This document shows positions 51,619 to 63,115 of a DNA stretch of 64,000 nt, piece by piece (the stretch's first letter is position 1; every line of letters starts with the position of its first letter). Below the pieces are notes generated by a model. The model searched no databases and was not told the DNA's origin. It saw only the letters and a list, made by a program, of their open reading frames with translations. The translations under genes were made by a program, and so were the position numbers. The stretch comes from Octopus sinensis (Eukaryota), in the NCBI RefSeq assembly GCF_006345805.1, contig NC_043015.1, forward strand, positions 31,000,001 to 31,064,000. The letters are read 5' to 3'.

Positions 51619-51760
51619 CTGAGTCGGTTGTTCAGTGAATTCCGCAAGCAGACGATAGATTAATGGCCGGTACGAGATCGCCTGCCGTTTGCTGTCTGTC
51701 GTCTGCCACAGTGACTGTTTCTTAATAAGATATTTCTTTGGAAGAGAAAAGTGATAATGA
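51619..51760 (-). other. Candidate non-coding 5' exon (duplicate donor at 53044); 5' boundary unknown
   Basis: Strong donor CAG|gtgaga followed by T-rich sequence; locally CpG-richer. Confidence 0.25.
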
Positions 51761-51874
51761 GAAAAATATCTTGGTTGTGGGGGAGGTTGTCATGCCGTAT
51801 CTACATTTAATCCTGGTTGGAGTACACACCTAATCACATGCACAGCTATATATATATATATGTACATACATTGA

Positions 51875-51924
<50 letters not shown>

Positions 51925-52490
51925 AAGTACATATGGTCACTCACATAAACTATAAACACACACACATACACAAATACATGCACACTAGCATATGCGGTTA
52001 CGTTGAAGCTCTTACACGTATACATGCAGTCGGTTTAAAGTATATGTATGTATGCAGGTAAATATATGTGTATGTGTATACACGTATATTTATACATACA
52101 CATATATGTATGCATACATACATACATACATACATACACACACATACACTTATACATACACGCATACGCACATATATGTATATGTATATATATAAATATA
52201 AATATAAATATATATATATATATCGTTATATAATTATATATATATGTGTGTGTATATGTATGTGTATTTATTTATTTATTTATTATTCATTTTTTTTTAC
52301 CCATTCAGTTTGATACACACACACACACATACATGAGTATGTATGTATACATGCACAAACAGATAATTCATACATACATACATACATACATACATACACA
52401 CACATACATACAACTTTTTTCTTTAACGACATATCTTGCATTATCTTACATCTATATTCATGTAACCCTCTTTGTCTCACTGGCTGTTTA

Positions 52491-52575
<85 letters not shown>

Positions 52576-52607
52576 ATGCACCCAAACACACGCACATTAC
52601 TACATAC

Positions 52608-52670
52608 TCGTACGAGGAAGTCACAATTGCAAGAAATAGCAGCCGAATCTCCATCTCCATCAAATCACAC
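52608..52670 (-). other. Candidate ATG-containing exon, copy 2 (in tandem duplicate)
   Basis: Identical to 51176-51238 at offset 1432. Confidence 0.25.
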
Positions 52671-52722
52671 CTTATTGTTTTAACAAAAATAACAAAGAAA
52701 GAAAGACAGCAAGAAAGAAAGC

Positions 52723-52762
<40 letters not shown>

Positions 52763-52782
52763 AATAAGGAAAGAAAGAAGGA

Positions 52783-52826
<44 letters not shown>

Positions 52827-53299
52827 AAAGATCCAAAGAAAAGGGAAAGAAAAAGGACCCATTTAACAATGTGATCCCAGATACAGAATCTGAACGTCCT
52901 TCAACCACCAGATTGATAAGGCTTAAACACTTATTGGTCATAACTGTACTGGATCAGAGCTAACCAGGGGCTAAATGGCAGCATGTAGAAACAATAACAA
53001 TATGAAAGACCAAGAACCCAACCAAAAACAAAGTGGTTCTCACCTGAGTCGGTTGTTCAGTGAATTCCGCAAGCAGACGATAGATTAATGGCCGGTACGA
53101 GATCGCCTGCCGTTTGCTGTCTGTCGTCTGCCACAGTGACTGTTTCTTAATAAGATATTTCTTTGGAAGAGAAAAGTGATAATGAGAAAAATATCTTGGT
53201 TGTGGGGGAGGTTGTCATGCCGTATCTACATTTAATCCTGGTTGGAGTACACACCTAATCACATGCACAGCTATATATATATATATGTACATACATTGA

Positions 53300-53349
<50 letters not shown>

Positions 53350-53939
53350 AAGTACATATGGTCACTCACATAAACTATAAACACACACACATACACAAAT
53401 ACATGCACACTAGCATATGCGGTTACGTTGAAGCTCTTACACGTATACATGCAGTCGGTTTAAAGTATATGTATGTATGCAGGTAAATATATGTGTATGT
53501 GTATACACGTATATTTATACATACACATATATGTATGCATACATACATACATACATACATACACACACATACACTTATACATACACGCATACGCACATAT
53601 ATGTATATGTATATATATAAATATAAATATAAATATATATATATATATCGTTATATAATTATATATATATGTGTGTGTATATGTATGTGTATTTATTTAT
53701 TTATTTATTATTCATTATTTTTTTACCCATTCAGTTTGATACACACACACACACATACATGAGTATGCATGTATACATGCACAAACAGATAATTCATACA
53801 TACATACATGCATACATAATACATACACACACATACATACAACTTTTTTCTTTGTTTCACGAACACGTTTTTATATAACGACATATCTTGCATTATCTTA
53901 CATCTATATTCATGTAACCCTCTTTGTCTCACTGGCTGT

Positions 53940-53974
<35 letters not shown>

Positions 53975-54139
53975 TCTGTCAAACACACACACATTAACTA
54001 GCTTATACTGAGTATTTACTTGTTCACTGATATCGTCAGACTCACACTCACACATCTACAATAGTAAAATCTACAATGCAATTGAAAAGAAAGATATTGA
54101 GAGTGAGAGGAGAGAGAAAAAGATAGAAGGAAGGCGAAG

Positions 54140-54173
<34 letters not shown>

Positions 54174-54310
54174 ACAGAGAGAGAGAGATAGGTAGATAGA
54201 TAGATGGGTAGATAGATAGAGATAGATAGATAGAGAGATAGAGAGAGAAGTAGATAGATATATAGATAGATGGATGGATAGATAGACAGACAGACAGATA
54301 GACAGACAGA

Positions 54311-54450
<140 letters not shown>

Positions 54451-54888
54451 TAGATAGATAGATAGATAAAAAGAATGATCGATAGATAGATACGTTGACT
54501 AAAGCAGTCAGAACTCCTTATAGTAAAATATACCGAAATAGTTGAAGGAATTCCAATATTTCCAGCTGTTTTAGTGGTGGTTCTGAGATTCTGGTCTGGT
54601 GAGGAAATGGTCAAAAAAGAGTTAAATGGTTTTTTTTTGCTCTAAATAACACGCGCGCGCACATCCACATCCACGCGCGCGCGCGCGAGTTAGCTAACGA
54701 TTCGGTCAAGTACTCAATGCGAACATAGAGTGCTGTAGTTGATTTAGGCCGGTCCCTTGAGTCTTTCTGTTGCTTCTGTTAAATATTAATAAAGAATATA
54801 CATATATTCATATGTTAAGTTCTATTTTTCCTGTTTGCAACAATATACCTGCATACTATATATATATTATATATATATATATATATAT

Positions 54889-54932
<44 letters not shown>

Positions 54933-54935
54933 TAT

Positions 54936-55023
<88 letters not shown>

Positions 55024-55026
<3 letters not shown>

Positions 55027-55218
55027 GCGCAGGAGTGACTGCGTTGTGGTAAGAAGCTTGTTTCCCACCCACATGGTTCCGGGTTCAGTCCCACTGCGTG
55101 ACACCTTGGGCAAGTGTCTTCTGCTATAGCCTCGGGCCGACCAAAGCCTTGTGATTAGATTTGGTAGACAGAAACTGAATGAAGCCCGTCGTATATATAT
55201 ATGTGTGTGCGTGTGTGT

Positions 55219-55256
<38 letters not shown>

Positions 55257-55460
55257 TTGTGTGTCTGTGTTTGTCCCCTCCTCCACTATAGCATGACAAC
55301 CGATTTTGGTGTGTTTACGTCCCCGTAATCTAGCAGCTCGGCAAAAGAGATCGATGGAAAAAGTTGTAGGCTTACAAAGAATAATTCCTGGGGCCGATTT
55401 GTTCGACTAAAGGCGGTGCTCCATCATGGACGCAGTCAAATGACTGAAACAAGTAAAAGA
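55024..55460 (+). mobile_element. SINE family A
   Basis: Same structure. Confidence 0.85.
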
Positions 55461-55538
55461 ATATATATATGTATATGTATCTTCAATACATACACGCGAA
55501 CACAAACACACACACGCACACGCACACGCACGCACACA

Positions 55539-55569
<31 letters not shown>

Positions 55570-56185
55570 CACACACACACACACACACAGAAGATGTAAA
55601 CTAGCTAAGTTAAAATTTTAGCGACCGGTTCACTTAGCTGGCAAATTTCTTTTTAAAACCGGTTCGTGTAGACACGAATATTTTAAGCACAGTTTCTACA
55701 TAAAAATTCCGAATTTGGCCATGTCATTTCACGTCATTATGATATAGTGTAAACTCCAGTGTTTGAAGGAACTAGTGGTAGTCTATGACAGCAAAAATGA
55801 GGCAGAGGTTCGAATGGATGGTGAAGTTTATCGTGAGGATTGTAGAATATACCGTTTCATTGATTTGGTTTTTCGTCTGAATGTGAGAAACATTAGGGCA
55901 AAAACTGAAGCTGATAGATCGATTTGGTGGATAGACGGATCACCAGAAAAGAAAGATGGTGTGAAAGGATGAGAAACAAATATGGTGAGCTGGTAAAGGT
56001 GAAGGATAAAAGAAAATGAACAAAAGTAAAGAGACACATTCTCCATACAACCACAAAATGAAATACATTGTGTCAAGTTAATGTGTTGTAGGGAGAAAAT
56101 GATAGGAAACTAGATAATACACCGGGCCAGATTAAGACCCATTGAGGCTTAGGTACTTGAAAGATTTTGGTGCCCCCCATATATA

Positions 56186-57121
56186 TTGGGTTGGCAAGAA
56201 AATAATTCCGTTTTTTGGCAAGTAGGCTGAGTTACGATTTTTTAAAATAACTTTTGTCAATGTTATAATTTTTTGCTTTGATAGCCGTTACTTTTAACTT
56301 ATTTTAGAAGCAAATTTCGCGTAATTTTCTTTACAGCTGCTAGTTCAGCGTCAATTTTAACATGGAGAGCAAAAACAAACATTTTCACCATATTTTTCTT
56401 TTTCTTTTTTTTTATTTCCGTAAAGGCAAGAAAGCTGCTGAGGTTCACAAAGAGATATCTGAAGTTTATGGTATCGATTGCTTAACAGAACGCACATGTT
56501 AGAAATGGTTTTAAAAATACCGTTCAGGAGATTTTTCACTCAAAGATGACCAACGTTCTGGTCAACCTACTGAAATTGATGTTGACCGAATCAAAGCCAT
56601 AATTGAATCTGATTATCATATAACTGTGCGAGAGAGTGCAGAGAGGTTGAATGTACCACACACAACTATTGAAAATCACTTAAAATGTCTTGGACTCTTT
56701 AAGAAGCTCGATATTTGGATTCCACATAAATTAAAAGAGATTCACTTAACACAACGAATCAATATTTGTGATATGCATCTCAAACGCAATGATATCGACC
56801 TTTTTCAAAATGAATCATCACTGGTGGTGAAAATGGATTTTCAACGATAACATCGATCGAAAACGATCATGGTCCAAGCGTAATGAACCAGTACAAACCA
56901 CACCGAAAGCTGAATTGTATAAAAAAAAAAGTTATGCTGTCAATTTGGTGGGATTACAAAGGTGTTGTGTATTTTAAACTGCTTCCAAGGAATCAAAAGA
57001 TCAATTCAGATGTTTACTGTCAACAACTAATGAAACTGGAGGAATTAATCAAAGAAAAACGGCCAGAATTAGCAAATCGTGAAGTAAACTTATTCCACCA
57101 TGACACCGCTAGACCACATGT
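56186..57121 (+). mobile_element. Mariner transposon, 5' TIR plus pseudogenised transposase (3'-truncated)
   Basis: TA|TTGGGTTGGCAAGAAAATAATTCCG; ATG at 56362; WIPHKL, KVMLSIWWDYKG, HDTARPHV. Confidence 0.92.
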
Positions 57122-57981
57122 AATGCAGGCCGATTTAATCTGAGGCACAAGATGCTTACGCGTGTGGAATTAACAACTTAACACTGGAACTGATCCTGTT
57201 TCTAAGAATCGAACTTGCGATTTGTTTCCTCAGCCAATTTCGGAAGAGAGAACTTGTAGATTACATCGATCATAGTACTTATTTTGTCGAACCCGAAAGG
57301 ATGAAAGGCAAAACTGACCACGGCGGAGTTTGAACTCAGAACTTAAAGACGGACGATATTGCCGCTAAGCATTTCCCCCGGCGCGCTAACAATTCTGCCA
57401 CCTCACCGCCTTAACACGGAATTTTAGCATTAGAAAATGTTTAAATGTTCGAGATCCAATTCAAGAATGTACATGTTAGGAATAGTTACTTTTCAGACAG
57501 CATTCATTCAGCAAGTTGACGGGTGAATTCTAATCTCAAAACCTACGATTCCTCTATTCACACATAAAACGCATGTATCATTAAATATGCAACACATACA
57601 TATTGTAAAAGAAATCAAGATTTTTGCGACTTTTGTGGCATTTGAAATCGCACGCGTCAACATGATTTGAAAATGAAATATTTCTTGCATGTGTGTTCTT
57701 GAATTGAAATGTAAACATGTAAATATTCTGTTACCGATTTCTGCAAAGAAATGATGATTCTTTAAACTTGGTCTCAATACTGCCAATGAGAATCCGGAGG
57801 AATAGCTTCAAAATTTCATTTCACGGAACAAAGGACTTATATAGTTCCACATACATACATACATACATACATACATACATACATACATACATACATACAT
57901 ACATACCTTGCCTACCTAGGCGGCATGTCCCTGATATATATATATATATATATATAAGCGAACAAAGTGTACGTAGGCCGC

Positions 57982-58053
<72 letters not shown>

Positions 58054-58060
58054 TATATAT

Positions 58061-58093
<33 letters not shown>

Positions 58094-58417
58094 ACTATCC
58101 CTGATGTTTCATGAGTGTAGCCTCACCCCCTTAGATGTTTGGAGAACTCAGATGTGTTTTTGGCTGATGAATACGAGTTACTTGTATTTGCTGCAATATT
58201 TGCAGCCTTAATAAAGCTGGTCTTCGTATGAAACAATTGTACCGAAATACTGATCCATTTTTGTTGCTTTTTTCTTGTTTATAATCACCCCGCATTATCT
58301 TATGGTTAATACCATATAGATTTCTGGTGCATCTAAGTTAAGTACCGCATTCATGTGAGTTCAACAGAACTCACTTGAATCTTAATTGCTTTACTATATA
58401 TATATATTTATAAGTGA

Positions 58418-58735
58418 GGGCGCGTGGCTTAGTGGTTAGGGCATTCGGCTCATGATCGTAAGTTGTGAGTTCGATTCCCGGCGACGCGTTGTGTCCTTGA
58501 GCAAGACACTTTATTTCACGTTGCTCCAGTCCACTCAGCTGGCAAAAATGAGTTGTACTTGTACTTCAAAGGGTCAGCCTTGTCACTCTCTGTGTCACGC
58601 TGATTATCCCCGAGAACTACGTTAAGGGTACACGTGTCTGTGGAATGCTCAGCCATTTGCACGTTAATTTCACGAGCAAGCTGTTCCGTTGATCGTATCA
58701 GCTGGACCCTCGTCGTCGTAACCGGCGGAGTCTTT
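58418..58735 (+). mobile_element. SINE family D variant (different 3' half); diverged copy at 39968-40285
   Basis: Same head and central domain as 998-1332, different tail. Confidence 0.8.
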
Positions 58736-58769
58736 TTTTAATATATATATATATATATATATCAAATAC

Positions 58770-59448
58770 AAAATGAGACAAGAACGCAAAACATCCAGAT
58801 AGACGATACAAAACAACAAAGACGGGTCATTCGAAGCCTTTTATCTTCAGTCAAGAACCGGATCATTCTCGCAATTTCGGCCTGATTAATCTTGAGATTG
58901 CTCCAATCTGGCTAGACCCAAGAAAAAACTAAGCTAAGAGCATTAGACTCCTTGGAAAAAAAGCATCGAATGTATACGAAAACAAGGACAGAAAACAGAC
59001 GATGTTACACGAATATAAATACAAAAATACAATAAAAATAAAACAATAATAATAATAATAACAGGACATAACAACAAGTGTCTTTCGACTGGGGACGAAT
59101 TGAATTCAGCTGGCGTGTGTAGAAATGAAGCCTTACAGTAGAGGGAAGAATATCGATGTGACAGTGACCACGGTTAAACGCAAAAGGGCTAGCAGGCGGC
59201 CAATAGGTCACGTGAGAAGCGAAGAGAGAGAAAAAGAGGAACAAAGGAATTAAGGAAGAGGAGGAGAAGAGAGAGAGAGAGCGAGAGAGAGGGGGGAGAA
59301 AGCAAGAACGAAGCGTGAACAGGTTGAAAAAGTCGTACAAAATTTAGTGAAATGTGTCATTATTGTTATTGTTATTTTTATTGTATTTTTGTATTTATAT
59401 TCGTGTAACATCGTCTGTTTTTCCGTCCTTGTTTTCGTATACATTCGA
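58770..59448. mobile_element. Element with ~90-bp inverted arms (58966-59050 / 59358-59448), PLE-like or MITE
   Basis: tcgaatgtatacgaaaacaaggac...caataaaaata is mirrored ~300 bp away; (TA)n left flank. Confidence 0.5.
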
Positions 59449-59461
59449 AAAGAGCCGAATA

Positions 59462-60368
59462 CTGCATCAATATTGAAAGAAACTTCGCGCATAGCATTTG
59501 GAAAAGATAGAAAGAGTTGGAGATACGTTGGTGCCAAATCAGGAGAGTAAGGCGTGGCGGCAGCACTTCCCAGCCATGTGTTTGAATGGCTTCCTTGGTC
59601 ATATTGACAATATGAGGGCGGGCGTTGTCGTACAGCAGAAGATCTCCATGCTGTCAATTAGAGTTTTTCTCTTGAATGGACGTGTTGAGTCGTTCCATCT
59701 GTTGAACATAGAGTTCCGCATTGACCGTTTGGTTCCGTTCAAGCAATTCGTAATGGATAATCCCTTCCCAGTCCCACCATACGCACAACAATGTTTTACG
59801 CGGATGAAAATCTTGTTTCATGCACGGTGTCGCTTGTTTACCAGGGCTAACCCATTCCTTGCGCTGCTTCATATTGATGTACAGGCATCATTTTTCGTCG
59901 CCAGTAACGATTCGGTAAAGAAATCGTTGCTTGTGTCCATGAGTTGAGCAGTGACCAGCAAGCAAACCAGCGGAGATTGTGGCTCGTTGATTTTTGTTGT
60001 TGTCACTTAAAGTATGCGGAACCCATGCTCCATACTTCTGAACCTTTCCCATCGAGTGAAGATGCTTCTCTATAGCAGTGTGGGAGCATTCCATTTTCTC
60101 TGTCAGTTCCTTGTCGTTTGACGAGAATTTTCGTGCAAAAGTTGGTTTAATCGCTCTACATCTAACTCAAATGGACGGCCAGAACGAGGTGCGTCTTTGA
60201 GATCAAAATTTCCATTTTTGAGCTTGGCATATCAATCACAAGTGGTTCCTTCAACTATGGCACCCTCTCCATACTCAGAACAAATGTCGCGAGCAGCTTT
60301 TGCGGCCTTAGAACCTTGATTAAAAGCTAAAAGAAGGAGGTGTCGAAAATGTTCGTTTTTCTTAAACT
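59462..60368 (-). mobile_element. Mariner (DD34D) transposase pseudogene, near-complete coding region
   Basis: EHFRHLLL..., WVPHTL, IVTGDEK, CVWWDWEG, YDNARPH, PYSPDLAP; 5' end abuts a SINE. Confidence 0.92.
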
Positions 60369-60369
60369 T

Positions 60370-60573
60370 TTCTCTCTTTTACTTGTTTCAGTCATTTGAC
60401 TGTGGTCATGCTGGAGCACCGCCTTTAGTCGAGCAAATCTACCCCCAGGACTTATTCTTTGTAAGTTTAGTACTTATTCTATCGGTCTCTTTTGCTGAAC
60501 CGCTAAGTGACGGGGAAGTAAACACACCAGCATCGGTTGTCAAGCGATGTTGGGGGAGACAAACACAGACACA

Positions 60574-60671
<98 letters not shown>

Positions 60672-60840
60672 ATATATACGACGAGCTTCTTTCAGTTTCC
60701 GTCTACCAAATCCATTCACAAGGCTTTGGTCGGCCCGAGGCTATAGTAGAAGACACTTGCCGAAGGTGCCACGCAGTAAATCTGAACCCGGAACCGTGTG
60801 GTTGGTAAGCAAGCGACTTACCACACAGCCACTCCAGCGC
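60370..60840 (-). mobile_element. SINE family A; partial or diverged copies also at ~727-905, 16250-16530, 24530-24740, 27990-28125, 39590-39790, 41545-41760, 42030-42185
   Basis: Same structure. Confidence 0.85.
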
Positions 60841-61097
60841 AAAATTTTTACTTTTCAAAAATTCCAATTCTAAAGGGTCGAAAAGAAAACAAACCCGAGC
60901 AACGCCGGGCTACACTGCTAGTTTTTGTATAACATTACTATACATCTAATTAACTAACCTGCTACCTTTTTTTTATTCTAGATTAAAGGAAACGGCTGTA
61001 ACAGCACTTTGAACACACCCTACAAAACACTACTTGCCACAGCTGACTATTTACTAAATGCAGTCGAGACGTGAAAACAATTTGATAGTCCGCTACG

Positions 61098-61433
<336 letters not shown>

Positions 61434-61545
61434 TGAAGATGCCTTCATCACCTTTGATATTTCAGAAATGAGGGCCAACGGAAATCTATTTGAAATGACC
61501 ATAGTAAGGGCAACAACAGCTCTTCTTAACTTTTGAACAGCTCTT

Positions 61546-61986
61546 GGATCTTTTCGGTTTGACCGGCAGTTTTTAAAAATAATTTCCACGTAACTAAACA
61601 CTTTTAAACTTCGTATGCTGGTAGAATGTGTTTATAAAACATCTTTTTCTCTTGGCTTTATTGAGAAAATTCTATAGTTTTACGTAAGATATTTGTTGTT
61701 TTTTTCTTCAATTTCTGCAATTTCAACCAATCAATGACGTCTATTGAGGTGAAAACATTCTGTGCCGTATGAAAATGTCACTCGTTTAAGAAACAGATTG
61801 GGTTTATTTACATTTCTGAAGAAAAAAAAAGATGCCCTTCCCCCACCCCTAACCCTAACTAATCCTAACTCTAACCCTAGTCCTAAAACAGATTGAAATG
61901 CAATAGATCGATACTAGGGTCATAATTATGAGTGACAATTTCATATGACACCGCTAGAAAAACTGACGTTCAAACCGAAAAGATCC
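61546..61986. mobile_element. MITE with ~29-bp GG-ended TIRs and internal degenerate (TAACCC)n; partial copies at 13471-13730 and 38322-38470
   Basis: ggatcttttcggtttgaccggcagttttt / aaaaactgacgttcaaaccgaaaagatcc; flanks cagctctt / caactctg (6 of 8 match). Confidence 0.8.
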
Positions 61987-62679
61987 CAACTCTGAAGCCA
62001 ATGCAGCTATCATCCCGAACTGTATGAGCCAGTTAGTCTCCATACCTGCTCGTATTTGGTTAGTAAACTTTCTGTATTAACCGGCATATAGGTCACGCGT
62101 TCGTAAATAATGTAATCCTTTAGTTTGCAAGTATATTTTACGGGAAGAAAAAACAAAAATAGATTTAATATTCCATCATACATTTATTGAAGATTATTTT
62201 GAAGTTGTATGTAGGAAGAAATGTGCACTTAAATACAATGCTTTGACAGCATACCAGAACAAAGTATGAACTCATAAATTTATCGGAAATGAATACTGTT
62301 ATATATCTATCGTATTTCAACTTTATCTTCTTACAGATCAGCTTTATAGTTGTTTATTTCTTAGTCAAAAGAATTGCCATACAGGATGTAAAATTCGTGT
62401 TTTTGGCCATAACGTTTTGTGATACGACGATCGGCCACAGGTAGGTACAACACCGCTATGGTTTTGCTTTCATCCACTTACTTCTTCCTTATAGTTGACA
62501 GATGTGATGAATCTCGGCTGACAGGCTGAGCAATATCGACAATCACGCCTGTTTCATTTCAAATGAACAACACTGGCTCTTCAAATTCTTCAGAATTGTT
62601 TGTAAATTAGGGATATATGCCATGATAGATCGTTAGCTCCTACACGCATTTTTTCTCTCCTTGTTTTTTTTCTGTATTC

Positions 62680-62715
62680 CTTTCTGTCGAAGAGCGTAGA
62701 CTCGAAACGTAAAAG
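62680..62715 (+). ncRNA. Minimal hammerhead-like motif, A6U core with extra A
   Basis: CUUU-CUGUCGA-A-GAG cguaga CUC-GAA-ACGU-A-AAAG. Confidence 0.5.
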
Positions 62716-62978
62716 ACTTGTTCTATTTCTATTCCTGAGCGCCATATTAATACATTTGTTTGTTTGTACTCCACCTGCCTTCGTCTTTTGTTTATTTTCG
62801 TAAACCTTCCCGTTATATATATATACCGGAGTAAACACATAAATGTGAAACAAGGTGGAAAAAAGAGTACTCAAATACCAGTGGTAGAGTAATATGCTTT
62901 ATTTAAAGCAGCAGAAAATTCAACAAAACCTGTTACTCTGAGTTTCCCGTTGCCGTTCATCGGACAGTTTTTTCTAGC

Positions 62979-63025
62979 AAAACTGTCCGATGAACGGCAA
63001 CGGGAAACTCAGAGTAACAGGTTTT
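62979..63025 (+). ncRNA. Minimal hammerhead-like motif, U4C core (mirror copy on minus strand, 62925-62971)
   Basis: AAAACUGU-CCGAUGA-aCG GCAA CGg-GAA-ACUC A GAGU-A-ACAG g UUUU. Confidence 0.6.
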
Positions 63026-63052
63026 GTTGAATTTTCTGCTGCTTTAAATAAA

Positions 63053-63115
<63 letters not shown>

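Larger units (their letters stand above)
51075..53970. repeat. Near-identical tandem duplication, unit ~1.43 kb
   Basis: Anchors at 51145 and 52577 (offset 1432); junctions in (CT)n(CA)n; copies differ in microsatellite lengths, a few SNPs and a 23-nt indel near 53854. Confidence 0.95.
62600..63058. mobile_element. Two abutting Penelope-like (pLTR-type) remnants, including an 80-bp-arm fold-back at 62892-63058
   Basis: Arms 62892-62971 and 62979-63058, 7-nt spacer, 1 mismatch; two hammerhead-like motifs; (TA)n flanks; left part also found at 15781-15945 (minus). PLE assignment is inferred from the hammerhead motifs plus inversion. Confidence 0.6.

Noticed and set aside
58830-58865. Minus-strand CUGAAGA...CGAA hammerhead candidate
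   Set aside because: U at position 15.1, no 10.1-11.1 pair and no convincing stem I.
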